Below are positions 13,929-26,372 of a stretch of 64,000 bases of DNA, piece after piece (position 1 is the first letter of the stretch; each line of letters starts with the position of its first letter). Source of the DNA: Centroscyllium fabricii (Eukaryota); NCBI GenBank assembly GCA_051313645.2, contig JBNRSN020000006.1, positions 294,562,001 to 294,626,000 on the forward strand, written 5' to 3'. The notes under the pieces are model-generated. The model was not told where the DNA came from, searched no databases, and saw nothing but the letters and a program-made list of their open reading frames with translations. The position numbers were made by a program, and so were the translations under genes.

Positions 13929-14784
13929 TCTGAGTCAGAAAGTTGTAGGTTCAGGTCCCACTCTAGAGACTTGAGCACAAAAGCCAGGCTGACGCTCCAG
14001 TGCTGTACTGAAGGAGTGCTGCACTATCAGATGAGATGTAAAATTGAAGCTCCATCTGTCCTCTCAGGCGGATGTAAAAGATCCCATGGCAGTATTCGAA
14101 GAACGGAAGGGGAGTTCTCCCCGGATGTTTTGGCCAATATTTATCCCTCACCCAGCACCAAAAACAGATAATACCCTAATTTTCTCATTGCTGTTTGTGG
14201 GACCTTGCTGTCCGCAAATTGTCTGCCGTGTTTCCTACATTACAACAGTGACTACATTTCAAAATTTAATTGGCTGTAAAACGCTTTGGGATGTCCTGAA
14301 TTCATAAAAGGTGCTATTTAAATGCAAGTCTTTCTTCATTCTGCTCTGGTTGGCTCAGAGAATTCTTGTGTATATTTCTACCATGCCATCTACTGAGATA
14401 AGAAGAAACAGCAAAACGTGAATTAAACTGGTAGCAGTAAAAAGGCACAAAAGCCCTAACAAAAATGAAAGAAAATTAGAAACCCTTAAATTCCAAAACC
14501 ATCTTAAGATTCATCAACCTGTGTGTACAAATCAGCATCATCTAAGTCATGCCCAATGTCCACATAGTAACTGTCATCATTGTTGCTGTCGCCTTTGGCG
14601 CTAGTCTGGCTGAGGTTGATCTCCCTCTCTCAGAACGGCATCTGCTGAGCTATCCATGGACTTTGATGTACCGCATATCTTGAAGCTGTGCACAATAATC
14701 TGTGGATTCCACCGATCCACTATTTACTGGATAGTTTCTTTCCGAGTTGGACTTCACGTACAATCTCCAGCAGTGAAGATGTGT

Positions 14785-15038
14785 ACATAGAAACATAGAA
14801 GATAGGAGCAGGAGTAGGCCATTCGGCCCCTCGAGCCTGCTCCGCCATTCAATGAGATCATGGCTGATCATCCAAACCCAGTACCCTGTCCCTGCCTTGT
14901 CCCCATATCCCTCGATCCCTATCGAGCCTGCACCGACACATATCCCACCCTATCCCCGTAACCCCACATATTCAATCCCCCTAACACTAAGGGTCAATTT
15001 ATCCTGGCCAATCAACCTAACCCACACATCTTTGGACT
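14785..15038 (-). mobile_element. HE1-like V-SINE, 5'-truncated
   Basis: Tail plus partial V-domain. Confidence 0.85.
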
Positions 15039-15070
15039 GCGCTATGAGTAATCCAACGATTTCACTTTAG

Positions 15071-15480
15071 TGTCAGCTTGGCTCAGTTTGTAGCACTCTT
15101 GTCTCTGAGACTTGAGCACAAAAATCTAGGCTGACAATCCATTGCAGTACTGAGGGAGTGCCACCCTGTCAGAGGTACCGTCTTTCCAAGGCCCTGTCTG
15201 CTCTCTCAGGTGGATGTAAAAGATCCCATGGCACTATTTTGAAGAGGAGCAGGGGAGTTCCCCAGTATCCTGGCCAATATTTAACCCTTAATCAACATCA
15301 CTAAAACAGATTATCTGGTCATTATCACATTGCTCTTTGTGGGAGCTTGCTGTGCCAAAATGGGCTGCCGCGTTTCCTACATTACAACAGTGACTACACT
15401 TCAAAAGTACTTCATTGGCTGTAAAATGCTTTGGGACGTCCTGAGGTCGTGAAAGGCGCTATATAAATATAGGTGTTTCT
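15071..15480 (+). mobile_element. SacSINE1/DeuSINE-like SINE
   Basis: Homologous to the SINE parts of 12711-14335. Confidence 0.75.
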
Positions 15481-15532
15481 TTTACTTGCAGAGTGGTCTT
15501 ACTGTTTATTGCTGCATCCAGAGGATGCAAGC

Positions 15533-15767
15533 TGATGTGACAAAAGAGACCTACACATCAATAACTCTAAGCAAAGCTTTAATCAACTATTTACAGAGTT
15601 TGCTTACAGGGGAAGCATCATCCCAGACTGGATAGCAGCAGAACTTATACCACTAGACAGGAAGTGATGTATATACAGGAAGTGACAGGTAAAAAGGAAA
15701 TGATGTCACAGGAAATAGATATGCAGAGTTCATTAGACTTTCTGCCGGAAGTTTCAATATCACCACA
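15533..15767 (-). mobile_element. Solo LTR
   Basis: TGTGGT...ATCA on the minus strand, ATTAAA near the 3' end, 5-bp TSD CAAGC. Confidence 0.8.
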
Positions 15768-15939
15768 CAAGCTACATGTCATTCCATGGGAATCATTGCT
15801 AGATTACTTTTTTCTTAACAGTCTTTTCGTGGCATTTAGATTGATTGATTGACAAAAGATTGATTAGTGTTGAGTATAGCACTAGGTCTAATAACCAACA
15901 CAATTCTAATCCAATCTAGCACAGGGACTCGCCCATCTA

Positions 15940-16258
15940 TTCATAGAATCATAGAATCCCTACAGTGCAGATGGAGGCCATTTCGGCCCATCGAGCCTGC
16001 ACCGACACATATCCCACTCTATCCCCGTAACCCCCACACATTTAATCCCCCCCTAACACTAAGGGTCAATTTATCATGGCCAATCAACCTAACCCACACA
16101 TCTTTGGACTGTGGGAGGAAACCGGAGCACCCGGAGGAAACCCACGCAGACACGGGGAGAATGTGCAAACTCCACACAGATAGTCTCCCGAGGCCGGATT
16201 TGAACCCGGGCCCCCAGCGCTGTGAGGCAACAGTGCTAACCACTATGCCACCGTGCCG
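15940..16258 (-). mobile_element. HE1-like V-SINE with short (ATTCTATG)n tail
   Basis: Same head and core as the other copies, different 3' end. Confidence 0.9.
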
Positions 16259-17002
16259 GCACGTATTCTTGGAATGCACTCTCAAAGGAGCACCCTTTTG
16301 GAAATGTTACTGTAGACCATGTCTTCCTTTCAAGTATAACCAAGCAGATGACTAGATTCCATCTGCTATAAGCATTTTTGAATTCTTACCAAGACTGTGG
16401 TCATTGCATTGACCATGTATTTCTATAAATTAACATCCATTAAAGGAGGACAATTCTTTGAGACAAGTACTTTTAATCTAAACTACTCCCCAGAAACACT
16501 TTCTAGCTGAGAAGGTATGTCCAGTTTCCCCCTGGCCAATATTGAACTCTTTAGGCTAGAAGCAACGCTAAGACCAGCATCCGGAACCAAGAAAAATGCC
16601 GTTAGCCACCAAACATTGCAATAACAAACCAGGTCTTGTCATTCTTTTTGTTGTCTTTATTCCCCCTTCACCAAGGTTTCTGCAGATCTTGCGTCAGAGC
16701 GGGGGATCGGGGAACTCTGCGGGAATTTACCCCGTCCAGTTTATTTGTTTTGGAAATTGCAGCCATACATGGAGCATAAACACCACCATGGACCAGTTGG
16801 GTTGAATAGCCTGTTTCTGGGCCGCACATTCTATGTAACACATTGGCCAATCAACACAGGTAAATCCTTTTCCCTGTACTTTTTACATATTGAAAGATGA
16901 ATTATTTGCTACTGTAGAACCAATATACTTTTCCTTAAATTTCGGCATATTGAATGCTATTTGCCCACTTTAAAATGCATTCTGAAAATAAGTGATAATA
17001 AT

Positions 17003-17600
17003 GGGCCTGAATTTGGTTGGAGGCTTCCGAACCGCAATAAATCTACGCACCTACCCGATGGTCCTGGATCCATGGAGACTTGCGCTCCTGTGCCTGCAGA
17101 TGTGCGCATACGTAGAGGCCCGCGTATCCCAGGAGTGCATGCGGTTCACAGCGCCCCGGGATCACGTGGACCAGCCCAACCAATCAGAAAGTGGATTCCC
17201 ATTATGCTTACGGGAGATTCCATTTACGTACGGAATCCCCATAAGCATAATAGGAAACCCCTAAAAAAAAACACCTATACACGACATTGAAATAAAAAAA
17301 TCATTACATGTTTAAAATCAATTAAAATACAATTTAATTAAACATTTAAAACAAAAAATTTATTTTTTGAAAAATAAATGTAAGTGTTTTTTAAGGGGCC
17401 AAAAATAACACTTATTTTAAAGTTTTTTGAATGTTAAAATGAGTTTAAGAAGTTTATTTTAATATTTATTTTCACCCTTACGCTGGTAAAAGAAGACCTT
17501 ACACCTGCTTTTATCAGGCGTAAGTGTTTCATGGACATTCGCTGGGCTCTCCACCAGCAAATGTCCATTTCCTGCGCATGTGGAGGATCTGTCAAGTAGA
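17003..17600. mobile_element. Probable MITE fragment
   Basis: GGGCCTGAATTT start and GC-rich/AT-rich layout like the other MITEs; no clear second TIR. Confidence 0.35.
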
Positions 17601-17602
17601 TT

Positions 17603-19240
17603 CATAGAATCATAGAAAGTTACAGCACGGAAGGAGGCCATTTCAGCCCATCGTGTCCGCGCCAGCCAACAAAGAGCTATCCAGCCTAATCCCATTTCCC
17701 AGCTCTTGGTCCGTAGCCCTGCAGGTTACAGCATCCCAAGAGCACATCCAAGTACTTTTTAATAGGGTTCCTGCCTCTACCACCCTTTCAGGCAGTGAGT
17801 TCCAGACCCCCACAACCATCCGGGTGAAGAAATTTCCCCTCATAGACCCTCTAAACAAGCCCCCAATGACTTTAAGTCTGTGCCCCCTGGTTTTGGACCC
17901 CTCTGCTAAGGGAAATAGGTCCTTTCTACCCATTTTATCTATGTCCCTCATAATTTTATACACCTCAATAAGGTCTCCCCTCAGCCTCCTGTGTTCCAAG
18001 GAAAACAGACCCAGCCTATCCAGTCTTTCCTCATAGCTAAGATTCTCTACTCCCTCGGTATCTGTCATACGCCTCCCTTGTTTGCTTTATCCTACCCTGC
18101 ATGTCTCTAGACACCCGGGGGGGGCTCCAGGTTTGTTAGTCCCACCTTTTTTCTTTAAGGGCACATGTTTGGTCTGAACATTCCAGATCTCCTCCTTGAA
18201 TGCTTCCCACTGCTCTGACACTGATTTACCTTCAAGTAGCTGTTTCCAGTCCACTATGGCTAAATCCCCTCTGAGCTTAGCAAAATTTGCTTTTCCCCAA
18301 TTTAGAATTTTTATTCCTGGTCTATCCTTGTCCTTTTCCATAACTACCTTAAAACTAACAGAATTATGGTCACTAGCGCCAAAATACTCCCCCACTGATA
18401 CGCCTTCTACCTGCCCAGCTTCATTCCTTAAAACTACGCCCAGAACCACACCCTCCCTTTTTGGGCTTGCTACATACTGGCTAAAAAAGTTCTCCTGGAT
18501 GCATTTTAGGAATTCCACACCTTCTATACCCTTCACACTAATTTTATCCCAGTTAATATTGGGATAGTTGAAATCCCCGACTATTACTGCCCTATAGTTT
18601 TTGCAATTCTCAGAAATGTGCCTACATATTTGTTCTTCTATCTCGGGCGGCACGGTGGCACAGTGGTTAGCACTGTTGTCTCACAGCACTGGAGACCCGG
18701 GTTCAAATCCAGCCTCGGGTACTATCTGTGTGGAGTTTGCACATTCTCCCCGTGTCTGCGTGGGTTTACTCCGGGTGCTCCGGTTTCCTCCCACAATCCA
18801 AAGATGTGCGGGTTAGGTTGATTGGCCAGGATAAATCGACCCTTAGTGTTAGGGGGTTTGAATATGTGGGGTTACGGGGATAGGGTGAGATGTGTGTCAA
18901 TGGAGGCTCGATAGGGATCGAGGGATATGGGGACAGGGCAGGGGCGGGGTGCTGGGTTTGGATGATCAGCCATGATCTCATTGAATGGCGGAGCAGGCTC
19001 GAAGGGCCGAATGGCCGACTCCTGCTCCTAGTTTCTATGTTTCTATGTTTCTCCCTCTCACTGTTTGGGGGTCTGTAGTACACTCCCAGCAGTGTGATCG
19101 CCCCTTTTTTGTTTTTCAATTTGACCCATATGGCCTTGTTTGATGATCCCTCCAAGGTATCATACCTCCTCACAGCTGTAATAGTTTCTTTAATCAATAC
19201 CGCGACCCCCCCCCCCCCCCTCCTGTTTTACCTCCCTCTC
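17603..19240 (-). mobile_element. Rearranged CR1 (3' end plus endonuclease segment)
   Basis: GVYYRPPN, GDFN and SDHNSV motifs; C-terminal RTRGH-like motif; SINE inserted at 18646. Confidence 0.85.
18646..19048 (+). mobile_element. HE1-like V-SINE
   Basis: Full-length copy. Confidence 0.9.
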
Positions 19241-20150
19241 AGTGTACATGTCTGAACAAAAGAGACTTTTTACAAAAGGAACGCCTATAATTCATTGGGG
19301 TGGGAACTCCATAATTCATGGCTCACATCAAGTTTCAGAAGCAATTTGTGAGGTTCTCCCCGGGGCTGGATATTATTCAATGGATAACTGGTTTGTTATG
19401 CTCCCAGGCATTCTTGTGATTTCTTGTTGCTTGTCACATCTTATTCCGTGTGCGTACAGTATAATTTCACCAGCTGAAAAAGGGATCATTACACGTATGG
19501 AGGATTGATCTAGTATTTTGATCCTTTCCCATTTGATGTCACCCAAAAACATTTCCAGCTTTTTTTCTGTGACGAATTATAGCAAGCCAATGCTGATGAT
19601 ATATTGGCCCAAAAATTGCTGTCAAAACAACAGGGAGGCTAATGGCGTTCGCCATCACTTAAGTGCAAATGCTACAGCAACTTCAGGTGAGGGACAGATG
19701 CGGGATTAAACGTGGAAATCGAGACGTTGCTGTCCGAGATGTGGCGCTCCACTGTTAGCTTTGCAAAAACGGCATCTGGCCGCTTGGCTCCCCATTCAAA
19801 TGCATTGAGCAGCGTGGCATTCCTTGGGGTGGGGAAGAACATTGGTACTTGGGGTGGGAACCCTCTGATGGATGGAACACTGCTGGTGGGGTGATCTGCA
19901 CCCTTGTTGTGGACCTGTTGTTTTTCCACACCAGATTCCCTGGAAGCCTATGCTTCCTTGCTGGATTTTGATGCCCATTTATATTTTCACGTGCTCTGCA
20001 TAGCGTGTTTTCTATTTCTTTGATTTCTCATTATGCCTCCTGCTATTTATTTAACCCTCTCCTCTTCTCCCTCACCCAAGCATTTCACAACTCATTCTAT
20101 TTATTTTCCTGTGTGCGTATGCGGTTCCCCCTACCCCCACCCCCGCCTTT

Positions 20151-23035
20151 ACATAGAAACATAGGAGATAGGAGCAGGAGTCGGCCATTCGGCCCCTTGA
20201 GCCTGCTCTGCCATTCAATGAGATCATGGCTGATCATCCAAACTCAGTACCCTGTCCCTGCCTTCTCCCCATATCCCTTGATACCTTTAGCCTTAAGAAA
20301 TACATCCAGCTCCTTCTTGAATATATTCAATGAACTAGCCTCCACCGCCCTCTGTGGCAGAGAATTCCACAGGTTCACCACTCTCTGGGTGAAGAAATTC
20401 CTCCTCATCTCTGTCCTAAATGAGTTACCACTTATGCTTAGACTATGACCCCTGGTTCTGGACTCTCCGATCATCGGGAACATTCTTCCTGCATCAAGTT
20501 TGTCCAGACCAGTTAGAATTTTATACGTTTCGATGAGATCCCCTCTCAATCTTCTAAACTCGAGAGAGTACAAACCCAGTCTACCCAGTCTCTCCTCATA
20601 CGCCATTCCTGCCATCCCAGCTATCAGCCTGGTGAATCTTCTCTGCACTCCCTCCATGGCAAGAATGTCCTTCCTTAGATAAGGAGACCAAAATTACACA
20701 CAGTACTCAAGGTGTGGTCTCACCAAGGCCCTGTACAACTGCAGCACAACATCCTTGTTCCTGTACTTGAACCCTTTCGCTATGAAAGCCCAACATACCA
20801 TTTGCCTTCTTAACCGCCTGCTGCACCTGCATGCTTACCTTCAGTGACTGGTGCACAAGGACACCCAGGTCTCGTTGTACTTCCCCTTCTCCCAATCTAT
20901 TGCCAGTCAGATAATAGTCGGCATTTCTGTTTTTGCCCCCAAAGTGGATAACCTCGCATTTGTCCACATTATACTGCATCTGCCACATCTCAGCCCACTC
21001 GCCCAACCTGTCCAAATCATCCTGGAGCTTCCTGGTATCTTCCTCGCAGCACACACGCCCTTTGTGTCATCTGCAAACTTGGAGACATTACATTTAGTTC
21101 CCTTTTCTAAATCATTAATGTATATTGTGAATAGCTGGGGTCCCAGGACCGATCCCTGCGGTACCCCACTAGTCACTTGCTGCCACTCGGAAAAAGACCC
21201 ATTTACTCCTACTCTCTGCTTTCTGTCCGCCAACCAGTTCTCAATCCAAGTCAATACCTTGCCCCCAATCCCATGTGCCCTAACTTTACATGCTAATGTC
21301 TTGTGCGGGACCTTGTCGAACGCCTTCTGAAAGTCTAAGTACACCACATCTACTGGTTCTCCCTGATCAATTTTCCCATTTACATCCTCATAAAAGCTCT
21401 TACAGTCAGTTTTTATATTCCCTGCAAGCTTACTTTCATATTCTATTTTCCCCTTCTTTGTCCTCCTTTGTTGAATCCTAAACTGTTCCCAATCCTCAGG
21501 GTTACTGCTTTTTTTGGCCAGTTTATATGCCCTTTGTTTGATCTTATGCTATCCCTAATTTCTCTCGTCAGCCACGGTTGTGTTACCCTTTTTGTTTTAT
21601 TCTTGTGCCACACTGGGATGAACAACATCTGTAGTTCATCCATGCAGCCTTTGAATATTTGCCATTGCCTATTTACTGTCAACCCTTTGAGTGACATTCC
21701 CCAGTCAATCCTACCTAATTCGCACCTCATACCATCATAGTTTCCCTTATTTAGATTCAAGACCCTAGTCTCTGATTCCACTACCTCACTCTCCATCCTA
21801 ATGAGGAATTCTATCATGTTATGATCACTCAGACCCAAGGGGCCCCGTACCACAAGATCGGTAATTACTCCTTTCTCGTTACATAATACCCAGTCTAGGA
21901 TGGCCTGGTCTCTGGTTGGTTCCTCGACATATTGTTCCAAAAAACCGTCCCGTAGACATTCTAGGAATTCCTCCTCAACAGTATTTTTTACTAATTTGGT
22001 TAGCCCAGTCGATATGTAAATTAAAGTCCCCCATGATGACTGCTGTGCCCTTACTGCAAGCTTCTCTAATTTCCTTTTTAATGCCATTCCCAACCTCCAT
22101 ATTACTGTTTGGAGGTCTGTATACCACTCCCACTGATGTTTTCTGACCCTTGTTAGTTCTCAGTTCTACCCATACAGACTCCGCATCATCAGAGTTAATA
22201 TCCTTCCTTTCAATTGTGTTGATCCCCTCCTTAACCAGCAATGCTACCCCACCACCCTTTCTTTTTTGTCTATCTTTCCTAAATATTGAGTACCCCTGGA
22301 TGTTGAGTTCCCAGTCATGGCCACCCTGGAGCCATGTTTCTGTAATCCCAATCAAATCATAAAACATTGAAACATAGAAGATAGGAGCAGGAGTAGGCCA
22401 TTCGGCCCTTCGAGCCTGCTCCGCCATTCAACGAGACCATGGCTGATCACCCAAACCCAGAACCCCGTCCCCGCATCCATCTCGAGCCTGCACCGACACA
22501 CATCCCACCCTATCCCCGCAACCCCACACACTTAATCCCACTAACACTAAGGGTCAATTTATCCTGGCCAGTCAACCTAACCCGCACATCTTTGGACTGT
22601 GGGAGGAAACCGGAGCACCCGGAGGAAACCCACGCAGACACGGGGAGAATGTGCAAACTCCACACAGATAGTACCCGAGGCTGGATTTGAACCCGGGTCT
22701 CTAGTGCTGTGAGGCAACAATGCTAACCACTATGCCACCGTGCCGCCCCTCTATTTGTGCCGCTAATTCATCTACCTTGTTCCGAATGCTCCTTGCATTA
22801 AGACACAATGCCTTCAGGCTTATTTTTTTTAATGCTCTCAGCTCTATATGTATTACTCTTACCTGTGGCCATGTTTGAAATAAACTGCTGTGTTCTTTGC
22901 CTTATACTTTTCTTTATCTCCTTCTTGCCTTTTACTTTTATTGTTGATCCCCTTTCCTCTGTCCCCCTGTTCCCAACCCCCTGCCATTTTAGTTTAAATC
23001 CTCCCCCACAGCACTAGCAAACACTCCCCCCGGGA
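20151..23035 (-). mobile_element. CR1, degraded, ORF1 end through 3' tail with an internal deletion near 21395
   Basis: [41 protein letters not shown] and KFADDT motifs. Confidence 0.9.
22360..22748 (-). mobile_element. HE1-like V-SINE inside a CR1 EN domain
   Basis: Full-length copy. Confidence 0.9.
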
Positions 23036-23082
23036 CCTTGTCCTGTTCCTTTTCAATTGTTGCTCATCTGTAATGCTTTTTC

Positions 23083-23187
23083 GGTCCTGAGGAAGGCTTG
23101 TCAGACCTGAAATGTCGACTCGGTTTCCCCACAGATGCTGCCTGACTTGCAGAGTCTTTCCAGCTTCTTCTGTTTTTGTCTTCAGAT
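23083..23187 (+). mobile_element. Penelope-like end with minimal hammerhead motif
   Basis: GGTC-CTGAGGA-AGG..CCT-GAAA-TGTC-GAC followed by CAGATGCTGCCTGAC, as in the copies near 34 kb. Confidence 0.6.
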
Positions 23188-23475
23188 ATCCCGTGTTGTT
23201 GCTCGCGATAAACCAGAGCAAACTGGGAACATTCTACCTGGTAATGCACAATATGTTATTCTGCTGCAGAGGTGAAGCTGTGTCTCTTGAAGCCCAGCTG
23301 GTAATTAAAGGCCATGGACTGAAAATTCAGCAGAAAATAAATAGTTTTGTAAAAACGTTATTTTGCATCTATAACAAAGTTTAACGCTTTGAAGTAGGAT
23401 ATCTGAAATGTGATGTATTAAATATAGACTGAAGAGAGGTTAGGAATAATAGACATGAATAGACATTAATCAGTA

Positions 23476-24339
23476 CAGGTTGAGCACCGTTAATCCGGCA
23501 CCCTCGGGACCAGGCTGGTGCCGGACCACTGAAAATTCCAAACCACTGAAGGTTCGGAGGGAGCGCGCGGGTAGAACACTCCCCGGGACCCGGAGCGCGC
23601 GGGTAGAACACTCCCCGGGCCCGGAGCGCGCGGGTAGAACACTCCCCGGGGCCCGGAGCGTGCGGGTAGAACACTCCCCGGGGCCCGGAGCGCGTGGGTA
23701 GAACACTCCCCGGGGCCCGGAGCGCGCGGGTAGAACACTCCCCGGGGCCCGGAGCGCGCGGGTAGAACACTCCCCGGGGCCCGGAGCGCGTGGGTAGAAC
23801 ACTCCCCGGGGCCCGGAGTGCACAGGTAGAACACTCCCCGGGGCCCGGGTAGAACACTCACCGGGGCCCAGAGCGCGTGGGTAGAACACTCCCCGGGGCC
23901 CGGAGCGCACGGGTAGAACATTCCCCAGGGCCCGGAGCGCGCGGGTAGAACACTCCCCGGGCCAGGAGCGCGCGGGTAGAACACTCACCGGGCCCGAAGC
24001 GCGCGGGTAGAACACTCCACGGGGCCCGGAGCGCGCGGGTAGAACACTCACCGGTGCCCAGGGCGCGCGGGTAGAACACTCCCCGGGGCCCAGAGCGCGT
24101 GGGTAGAAAACTCCCCGGGGCCCGGAGTGCGCGGGTAGAACACTCCCCGGGAGGGAGCCGGGGATAGAACACTTACAAAACCGAAATAAACAGAAACCCA
24201 AACGCCCGACGCCTTCGGCGCTCGCTCACCCTTTGCGGGAAACGGTGGCGCTGCTGAGCGGCTGCTCCGCAAAATGAAGAGCGCCGGTTTCCAATCATGC
24301 CGGACCACTGAAGGTGCCGGATTACCGGGGCTCAACCTG
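23476..24339 (-). mobile_element. Tigger MITE related to 57089-61647
   Basis: TIR CAGGTTGAGCACCGTTAATCCGGCA, TA TSD, shared subterminal sequence. Confidence 0.9.
23560..24170. repeat. 32-bp CpG-rich minisatellite, about 19 units
   Basis: Unit GGAGCGCGCGGGTAGAACACTCCCCGGGGCCC. Confidence 0.95.
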
Positions 24340-25224
24340 TAATATGAAATAAATTCCATTTGCTAATGTGACAGAACTAAATTAGCACACAAATATCCTT
24401 TATTGAAATATCTGCCCATATCCACTGATATCCATTAGCCTGTCATGTCCAGAAGCTTATTCCAATCATCTCTAATTATAAGATCAGTAATAAACAGACC
24501 CCGATGCCACTTTAACCTCCGACCGGGGCAGTGACGCCCGGTGGCGGATCGCGATCAGAAGAGGCCCAAGTAAGTTTACATTTTTTTTAAAGGTTTTATT
24601 TTGGGGCCGGGAGGAGCTGCTTCAGGCACCACAAGGAAACCTTGAGCACCCCCCTCCCTGCAGCATGGTCTTCTCCTCCCATGACTGTGTTCCCCCCGGA
24701 TGCCCCCCCCCACCTCATTACTTACATTAGTGGAGACGATGGCTCCCTCAGGTGCACAGCAGCAGTCTCCTCTCACGCAAAGTCCTGCTCCTGCCCACAT
24801 TGTCATTCTTACCAGGTTTGGGTGAGATTCCGGCCTGAGAGATGGTTTGGGGGGTTTTAACGTACAGAGGTAATGGTCCAGAATATAATGGTTCACGCCC
24901 TCCCCGGCCCCCACACGCCACGCTCACTCCCCGAGTCAAAATCAGGGCTATACTATGTATAACCCACTGCAGAGAATCTTCAGGAAATGTTGAAAATAAT
25001 TGCACCTCATGTGGCTCTGTGGCTACATGTTAATGCATTTGTTCAGGATTGTAATCCAACACTTGCTATTGGAATTCCATTTGCCTTTTCCTTTGTTTGC
25101 CCCCAGGGAAGGGAAGAAAGAGTTAGTCGAAACTCCTGTCCTGAAGGTAATGGTTCATGCAAGGGCCTGGTTCCACGGCATCAAGCATCCAAGTTACTTT
25201 GCCAAAGTGGCCGTTTCCCCCACC

Positions 25225-25480
25225 TAGAAGGATAAGGGCAGCAGGTGCATGGGCACACCCATCACCTCCAAGTCACACACCATCCTGACTTGGACATATA
25301 TCACCCATTCCTTCACCGTCACTGGGCCAAAATCCTGGCACTCTCTAATGGGAGTACTTTTCACCACATGGACTTCAGCATTTCAAGAAGGCGGCTCACC
25401 ACCACCTTCTCAAAGGCAACTAGGGATGGTCAATAAATGCTGGCCTTGCCAACGACACCCGCAATCCGAGAATGAATTTT
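25225..25480 (+). mobile_element. CR1/L2-group LINE 3' end (second lineage)
   Basis: Homologous to 31740-32060 and 61675-62517. Confidence 0.7.
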
Positions 25481-25831
25481 TAAAAATCATTCTTTCTGTA
25501 TATTCCTAATCAGAACCAGGTACGTTACTTTTCACCTCTGAAATGTACATATTCTTACACAGTATTTGCAGCACAGAAACAGGCCATTCTACCCAACTGG
25601 TCCGTGCCGGTATTTATGCTCCACACGAGCCTCCTCCCACCCTCTTCATCTAACCCCATAAACATATCCCTCTATTCATTTCTCCATCATGTGTTTATCT
25701 AGTTTCCCCTTAAATGCATCTGTGTTATTCACCTCAACTACTCCTTGTGTTAGCGAGTTCCACATTCTCACCACTCTATGGCTAAAGATATTTCTTCTTA
25801 GGTCTCTACTAGATTTATTAATGACTATCTT

Positions 25832-26372
25832 ATCATAGAACCCCTACAGTGCAGGGCCCATCGAGCCTGCACCGACACATATCCCACCCTGGGGCGGCAC
25901 GGTGGCACAGTGGTTAGCACTGTTGCCTCACAGCACTAGAGACCCGGGTTCAAATCCAGCCTCGGGTGACTATCTGTGTGGAGTTTGCACATTCTCCCCG
26001 TGTCTGCGTGGGTTTCCTCTGGGTGCTCCGGTTTCCTCCCACAGTCCAAAGATGTGCGGGTTAGGTTGATTGGCCAGGATAAATTGACCCTTAGTGTTAG
26101 GGAGATTGAATATGTGGGGTTACGGGGATAGGGTGGGATATGTGTCGGTGCAGGCTCGATAGGGATCGAGGGATATGGGAAGAAGGCAGGGACGGGGTGC
26201 TGGGTTTGGATGATCAGCCATGATCGCATTGAATGGCGGAGCAGGCTCGAAGGGCCGAATGGCCTACTCCTGCTCCTATCTTCTATGTTTCTATCCCCGT
26301 AACCCCACATATTTAATCCCCCTAACACTAAGGGTCAATTTATCCTGGCCAATCAACCTAACCCGCACATCT
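25832..26372 (-). mobile_element. Short-tail V-SINE remnant split by another V-SINE
   Basis: ATATCCCACCCT|ATCCCCGTAACCCC rejoins across 25891-26292. Confidence 0.8.
25892..26293 (+). mobile_element. HE1-like V-SINE
   Basis: Full-length long-tail copy. Confidence 0.9.

Larger units (their letters stand above)
12711..14335 (+). mobile_element. SacSINE1/DeuSINE-like SINE interrupted by a MITE
   Basis: tRNA-like head split at a TCT duplication; Deu-domain-like TAAAAGATCCCATGGCA..GGCCAATATTTA; L2-like tail. Confidence 0.75.

Noticed and set aside
14395-14427. KKKQQN resembling the STK3 C-terminus
   Set aside because: In-frame stop just upstream and no further similarity
23560-24170. CRISPR-like array
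   Set aside because: Head-to-tail 32-bp units with no unique spacers, inside a MITE, in a vertebrate genome
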